64,000 nucleotides of DNA from Pseudogymnoascus verrucosus (lineage: Eukaryota), in NCBI GenBank assembly GCA_001662655.1, contig KV460245.1. One strand, written 5' to 3'. A model generated the notes under the pieces. The model was not told the DNA's origin. It saw only the letters and a list, made by a program, of their open reading frames with translations, and searched no databases. Position numbers and translations under genes: made by a program. Positions within the stretch are counted from its first letter, which is position 1. The number at the start of each line of letters is the position of its first letter. This document shows, in pieces, positions 57,665 through 64,000 of the stretch.

Positions 57665-60471
57665 TCACTTCTGTGTCTTCTGCGTCTTCTTCGCCGCCCT
57701 CATATTGGGCAACGTATTCAGCTTCCCCGGTTTTCGGCCTACTTCGGTAACCAGCATCCTGATGAAGTCCGGACTACTCCAGTACGAACTATGCGCACTT
57801 AGCATGTTCAAGTACTGGATCTCGAGCGGGCCGCCACCAGAGCTCAGGAAGTAATCGATCTGCCCGTTGTCGTTGAGCAGAAAGAACTTCTTCTCGGCAA
57901 TCTCTTCGCGCGTGAAGTCGTGGACTTCCATTTCCAGCTGCGACGGGAGCCGGGGGATAGCTGGCTTTGCAACTTGTCCGACGCCCAGGTCGGGTGCTGA
58001 AGTTGCGCCGGGCATGAGGCTCTTCATCGTATTGCCAATTGAACCAAAGAAACCGGCCGTGGCATAGGGGACTTGGGCGTTCTTGAGCGACAGGGCATAC
58101 GCTGGATCGATGGTGGCATTGAGGCGATATGCAATGGGATCATTGCAATGCTATCAGACATATTAGCAAAAGACTTTGGAGGAGAGCCCAAACTGTCAGA
58201 GACTGGTTATCTTACCATAACGTTATACAGGTTGTCCACAGCCAGACAACCATAATTGTCAGCATCGCTGGTAATGCTTTCGTCCTGGCCATCAGAGCCC
58301 GCTCCAGGCTTATTCCTTCCCTTCCTTGGTACAAGTTTCCCTCTCTCCAGCAGTAAAAAGAATCCAGCCGGGCTGCCTACAAAAAACAAGTTCTTGGTAT
58401 CAAAGTCAAAGTGTTTCGACACCGAGGGGCTATCACCTGGAATAACCGCCGGCGGAATGGTAGGTTGCCTCGATAACACATCCAATGCCATAGCACTACC
58501 CAGAGAATGGGCAATAATGTGAACACGGCCATTCTGGTGGAACCCCTCGTTGTTCTCACACCATAACCTGTACACGCGGTTGGCTTCGTAAACAAGCGCT
58601 TCGATCATCTTGGGCTTATGATGTGACATATAGAAAGGTATATCGAGCATGACATCTGAGATGAGGTTCCTTATTGTTGGTATAGTATCCGGAGTGATAT
58701 CCTTTAAGGAAAATTTGGTGTGAAGGGACTCTCTTCCTTTATCTGAAGCCTTCATAGGGCCACCTTCTTCAAATGAGAGATTGGAGCGCCAGTTGACAGG
58801 CAAAACCATGATTCCGCCGAGGCCGGGTCGGAGCACCGTCTGGACGCCTTCATTGGCCAGTTCTACGTTGATAGACCGTCTAAATGAGTTGATCGCGTGT
58901 GTGAAATGGAAACTCTCGACTCTCTCTGACAGCTTCTGACCAATTCCATGTATAACAAGAACAAGGTCCGTAACTGCTGGCCTCTCAAGCTGAGCTGCAC
59001 AAGCCTCACAGACAGCCCTTTGACTTATATTCGCGGTCTCAGAAGCCGGGGCTGCGTCTTCTGCCATCGAAGCTACAGCAGATTTATGGTTTGGGTGCAG
59101 CTTCTCCCATGATGGCCAATCAAATCCACGGACGACGTGTAGCCCAACGGTAATACCCTTCCTGATTTTAGAAAGCGGTTTTCGTCCGTAATAGGCGGAT
59201 GGTTGAAGGCTAGTCTTCAAAATATACGCATTTCGCGAATCCTTGTAAATAACATGCGAGTTTGGATAACGACGTGGGGCGATGGCTTTCGCAGGACTCT
59301 TTTCGTCGGATTCGATAAGATAGGCATCCCCTTCAGCGGCAACCTCTCCATTGAAGCACATTGCAGCACATCGAGGATTGTTTGGGGAAACACCGGAATG
59401 AGACTGAGTCTCGGAAGGCTCCTCCTCACTCGGCCATAATCGATGTGATATCTTTTCCTCGCCATCTGCGCCAAGAGCAAGCGCACTCGCGAGCTCGTCA
59501 CTCCATGTCCGAGACCACGGACGGAGTTCCCGATACCCCGTTTCTAATTGATTGGCAACGGCGCTTTCTACGGGGTACATAGTATCTCGATAAAACCAAG
59601 TTCCGCGGGTAACTGCAGCAACGTCGTGCACGGGCGACCAATATATAGGTTTCATTTGAAGGTTTGGCAGTTGTACGAGATGCAGTCGAGATATTCCAAC
59701 AGGTATGCTAGCAGTCTCTTTCGAGTACTCTTTTGCCTCGCAGCGAGAAGCATCGGTTGCCCCATTGCCCTCGGGCTGTGCATCGCTGCAGGGCGCAGTT
59801 GATTCCAGCTGTTCGGTTTCGCGGTGGCTATTGTCTTCTTCCATAGTCGTAAATGCGGGGGCGGGTGGAGATCGTGGCTCTGGAGACACTGCTGCAGCTA
59901 GTGGGCGGACGTTTTCTGAACGATCAGGCGCTCTTTGGAATGGAAACCCTGTAGTGCCAGCTTCAGAGAGCCCTAACGATGTCGCCCCAGTATCCGCGGT
60001 GCTTTGATCATCGGTTAAACTCGAAGAGCTCTCCTTTTTCGTGGCCGCTTTCCGGTCTTTGTGGTCTTTGTCGTCCGGCTGAGAACGACCTTCATTTCTG
60101 CCTTCATCCTCATATATATCTCCGCTTCCTTTATTTCCATTCGCTGCATTGGCGGTAACTTCGACCAGAGGGGGGTTCGAACTTATGGTGGAGGTTCGCT
60201 GTCTCGTTTTGAGTCGAGCCGGGCCAAAGGCAAGCCAGGCTTCTTCGAGGGCATTATTATCGTATGGTGAGAAGGGTCGCGGTGCATGTTTCGCTGATCT
60301 CGGGTCGCTGCTGGGGGTGGGAACAACTGATAGGGGATCATCGATTGGTAGAGCTGAGGCATAGAAGAACTGTGTCCGAACAGGTGGCTGACTATCGTCC
60401 CCCTTACTGCTGGAGTCGACACTCGGAGCGAGACGGCACGTAGGGCCGTAGGAATGGCTTGAGCGAGCCAT
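57665..60471 (-). CDS. DDHD-domain intracellular phospholipase A1 (Ddl1-like)
   Basis: PIYW..RGTWF, LVLVIHGIGQ, LPVNWR, DIPFY, lipase AHSLGS, GSPAGFF, AHSSYW; intron 58151-58215. Confidence 0.92.
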
Positions 60472-61316
60472 GGTGAACTGCGCCTGTCAGGCGGGGATTT
60501 AATAAGCTTGTCGGCATGATTTTACTCACATGGTAGGTCCAAGAGCTTTGGGGCTAAGAGACAATACTTTTCATCTCAAGTCGGAGGTGCCATATGCGAA
60601 AAATGGGCAAACACTAACAACCGTCGTTTTGGAATTGAAAGTTCGAGCCCACGGGGCTCTCAGTAGGCAGCTGAGTTGCTGATAGGTACAACGGCCTTCC
60701 CGCGTTCTTTCCTGCTATAACGCGTGTCGGTGTGCGATTGTCGGAGTTGATGCAGGTGATTCGGGTGCTACCTTGTTGTCCTTTATCTGCCTGGTGTGTT
60801 GTTCCTGTGGGCGTGACGTCAGCCCTCTTCTGGCATATTTTACCCTGTTCTGCCACGTGCAGGCGCCAATTTCGTCTCACCGCCTTCAGGAACTCCCAGT
60901 ACTGCCGCGGTTTAAACGGTTGGGATCTACGGAAGAGAGTGTATGAGAAATAGAAGTTCGATTATCATTCCTATATAATACATAATGAAGCAATTCCTAC
61001 ATGAAACATCATGTCCAGCCATTGGGCTGCGCTCAGGCAGTGTTGCGAACCCTGCAAATTAGGTAGGCTGTGAGCATCGCAGAAGATTTTCTACAGTCGT
61101 ACAGAGTTCAACCACCGAATATCCGTACAACGCACCCATCGTATTCTGCAGCCTAACAGTTGCTATACTGAAACTATTGAAGTAGAGGAATTAGAACTGT
61201 ATTATAATTGTACAGGCCATCGTATATGGTACAGGGTACTTTGTATTCGAGATTATTGAGTGTCGACAGGCCAGGTTCTTGAGCATAAACTTTGGAGCGA
61301 GTATACCAACAGCAGT

Positions 61317-63843
61317 TCAATCTTGTCTGTACAGGTGGGACAAATCTGGGGACTTTATTGATGCCATCGCCGGGGTCGGTGGCACAGGTGGCGGGTTCCA
61401 ATCATGTTCAATGCCAAGGGCATCATTGCGTGTCTTCGCGCCAGCAACCACATCATGAAACGAAATGTGAAGGCGGGACAGAGAGTCGTAGTCATCCCAG
61501 GTGCCGCCTAGTATCTCCAGAACCTTCCAGGAGTCATGCATATGCTTCTGGATAGCAGAATCCCCATTGCATCGAGTTAGCACAGACATTGAGTTGGCAT
61601 TTTTGAGCCACGTGTCGAGGGCCGCGTTCCTTACACGAGCCTCGTGGTCGCCGTAGAACTGAAGTGACTCGCGACATTCCCAGATTATCAACGCTTGGAA
61701 AGGTTGGCCACAGTTGAACTCAGTGAACTGCGCTCTACCTAGCTTAACCCACTTCTCTATGTATCGGGCGGCTGTGGCTGGAGTGATCCTGTTTTCAAAA
61801 TGCTCAAACAGGAGAAATTTGTTCGCAACTGTGCAGATTAAAAGATCAAGGCGTGCATATAGCGACGACTGAAATTCTTGATCACAAGATATCATGAAAT
61901 TGGAGGTCACCATTCCCAAGTTAGGATCCTGTGAGCGGAGAGAGAACATCTCTTTGAAGGCTGACATGTCCATCTTCGGTTTCTAGAACGAGCATTAGGG
62001 GAAGAACGTTATAAATGTCGAGGTAGCTTACGGTTATATGAACCTTCGCCTTTACAGAGCCCCACATAGACTTGAGAACTGGCTTCGTGTCGGCCTTGAG
62101 TTGATCAAAAGAGCCACCATCACCAAATATTTTCTTCAACGGTGAGTCTGCAAGTCCTTCCGATGCTGACGCATCTTGGTCGGTGGAGTCAACATCGTCC
62201 CCGCCAAGTGTGCTTGTGCTTCTGTCTCCGGGATAGCCGGTGCTAACGGTGCGCTGGCGAAAGTTTCGTGAACCGTTCTCCTCGGATTGATACCCGTTAG
62301 TATGAGCTGTCCCATGGTTGTTTTCGTCATTGCCGTAGGTTACTATGGCGATTTCTGGTCGGCGAATAGCTGGTTGGTGAGATATAGACGAACTTCTACC
62401 AGGATAACTTGCAGACTGGTATCTTGCGTTGTTTGGTATGCCAGTTAACTGATCGTCCGCAGGGTGCAGCTCCTCGGCGTTTATAACGGGACTCAATAGG
62501 ACGGGTGCCCGAGGCCGAGTGATTGCAACATGATGTGGCAGTCTATCCACCTGACTCGTACCATTGGCTGGGGCACTCTCTCGGAACATTTCAAGGCGAG
62601 TCTTTTGGCGTTCGCTCATTGGTGTGACATTCACTGGCAGCGAGTTGCTTCTATACAAGAAGTTACTGACCTTCTGCGTCGTGGCTGGCTTACACGACGT
62701 GCTTTCCTCGTGCGAGGTTTTGTTCCTCGGTTTCAGGTAGTGATTTTTCAGCTCTTTCAATAGTCCCTCATTAATCTGGTAATCTGGGTCCGAAATTTCC
62801 GGCGGGCTGCTGGAAGAATCTTCGGTCTCGTGAATCTGGCTTGTATGAGAGTGCGAAGGCGGCGAGTTAGGATAGCCATCAGCCGATTCGGCATAAGAAT
62901 CGGAGGCAGAGACATCCATGGAAAGGTCATCACGATTGTTAATTCCATGGCCATGCCTAGAAGATGGGGCATAAGAATCATCCGAATAGACGGAGCTAGC
63001 AACTCTTAAAATCTTCGATTCCTCGGACTTGCTTCGCTGATGAAGACCTTGAGAGAAGACGTCAGCAACTTCCAATCTATCAGTCATCCGAGTATGCATA
63101 ATAAATGAACTCTATATCTTTGAGTAAAGAATTTCTAGAGTACATTGTCGCTGAACGTAAGTGTCGGAGAAATTTGGTTCACATGTCGCGTACTGGGGGC
63201 TCAAACTTACTCAAAGGTGGCGTCTGAGGCAAAGCCTTATTGATGGACTGTTCCCAGCTTATGGCATCCTGTTGAAGCCAGTAATCTCTCTGGCACTCTT
63301 CCCACCCCTCTTTTTTCGCGAAGTAAGTTGCTCTGTTGCGGAGACCTTGCACATTGCGTCTCTTTGTGAAGCTCTCGGAATATGGATTCTTCCTCGGGCT
63401 AGCTTGGCCACGGATGGCCCTGACGATATCAGCTCTACGTGAGGCAATTCTGTGGAACCATTAGCACAGACAGTCATCTTCTGGGTTGTTTGGATGTAAT
63501 ACTTTCTGTTTTCTGCAGCCTCTATAACAGTTCGAATATTTGTGGATTCCTCGGTTTCAAGGTTGTGCAGGCTGTTCATGGACTGTCCTTCTCTATATTT
63601 GGCAAGTCTACAACATTGGTTTGAGCGCTCAATGCCTATATCATAGGTCTAAACATACCGAAAGTTGTTATAAGTAACAAGTTCTTCCATCGACACATAA
63701 TCGCTGTGAGCGATTGGGTCTTTCCTTGCCCATCCATGTGGCTCAGGATCGCACACCAGAAGTGGGTTGTTTTGAGGGAGATAACGGCTCGGAACCATGC
63801 TGTCTACGTCTTGACGCATTGATGAGTAAATAGAGGGTGCCAT
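61317..63843 (-). CDS. Uncharacterised protein, 5-exon model joining several ORF-track fragments
   Basis: ATG 63843. Introns 63608-63658, 63450-63502, 63048-63210 and 61983-62031 keep one frame open. Disordered N-terminus and helical C-terminal domain (LYARLDLLICTVANKFL..W..GRAQFTEF). Confidence 0.65.
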
Positions 63844-64000
63844 GGATCGCTTCGAGTATAGCTGCAGTAGAGACTTCTTATATCGGGTTCTCTTGTACAA
63901 CAGAGTGCTTGGGTGTGTTGTTCGTTGTTTTGTGCCTGCTGCGCCTATCGTTGACGTTTTGGTGAATATATGTAGGGGCAGTACTAAGCGCACATGATTT

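Overview
Eukaryotic, intron-rich fungal DNA from a filamentous ascomycete. A Leotiomycete such as Pseudogymnoascus is plausible from style alone and is not verified. Introns are mostly about 50 nt GT..CTRAC..YAG, so the supplied ORF track splits most genes; I rebuilt the exon structures by hand. The window holds about 30 protein genes. Most are housekeeping: VPS11, flotillin, a TBC Rab-GAP, two SDRs, an LCB3-like phosphatase, rho4, DAD1, an arrestin-like protein, a PPIL3 cyclophilin, SEN54, ZPR1, RPR2, DBR1, ELC1, UBA2, a queuosine salvage enzyme, a TilS-like enzyme, PET8, WDR48 and a DDHD lipase. There is also one intron-containing tRNA-Leu(TAG). Three things stand out. (1) An accessory tandem array at about 7.4-12.7 kb has six co-oriented, divergent small genes plus one relic. 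They have N-terminal polyproline/PPxY motifs and coiled coils, with or without a C-terminal TM helix, and each has the same 14-bp upstream element. (2) A box C/D guide RNA sits in ELC1 intron 2, and its D-box guide is complementary to U2 snRNA (predicted Am30 equivalent). (3) tRNA- and RNA-maturation genes are concentrated at 36-53 kb, including SEN54 head-to-head with an intron-containing tRNA.
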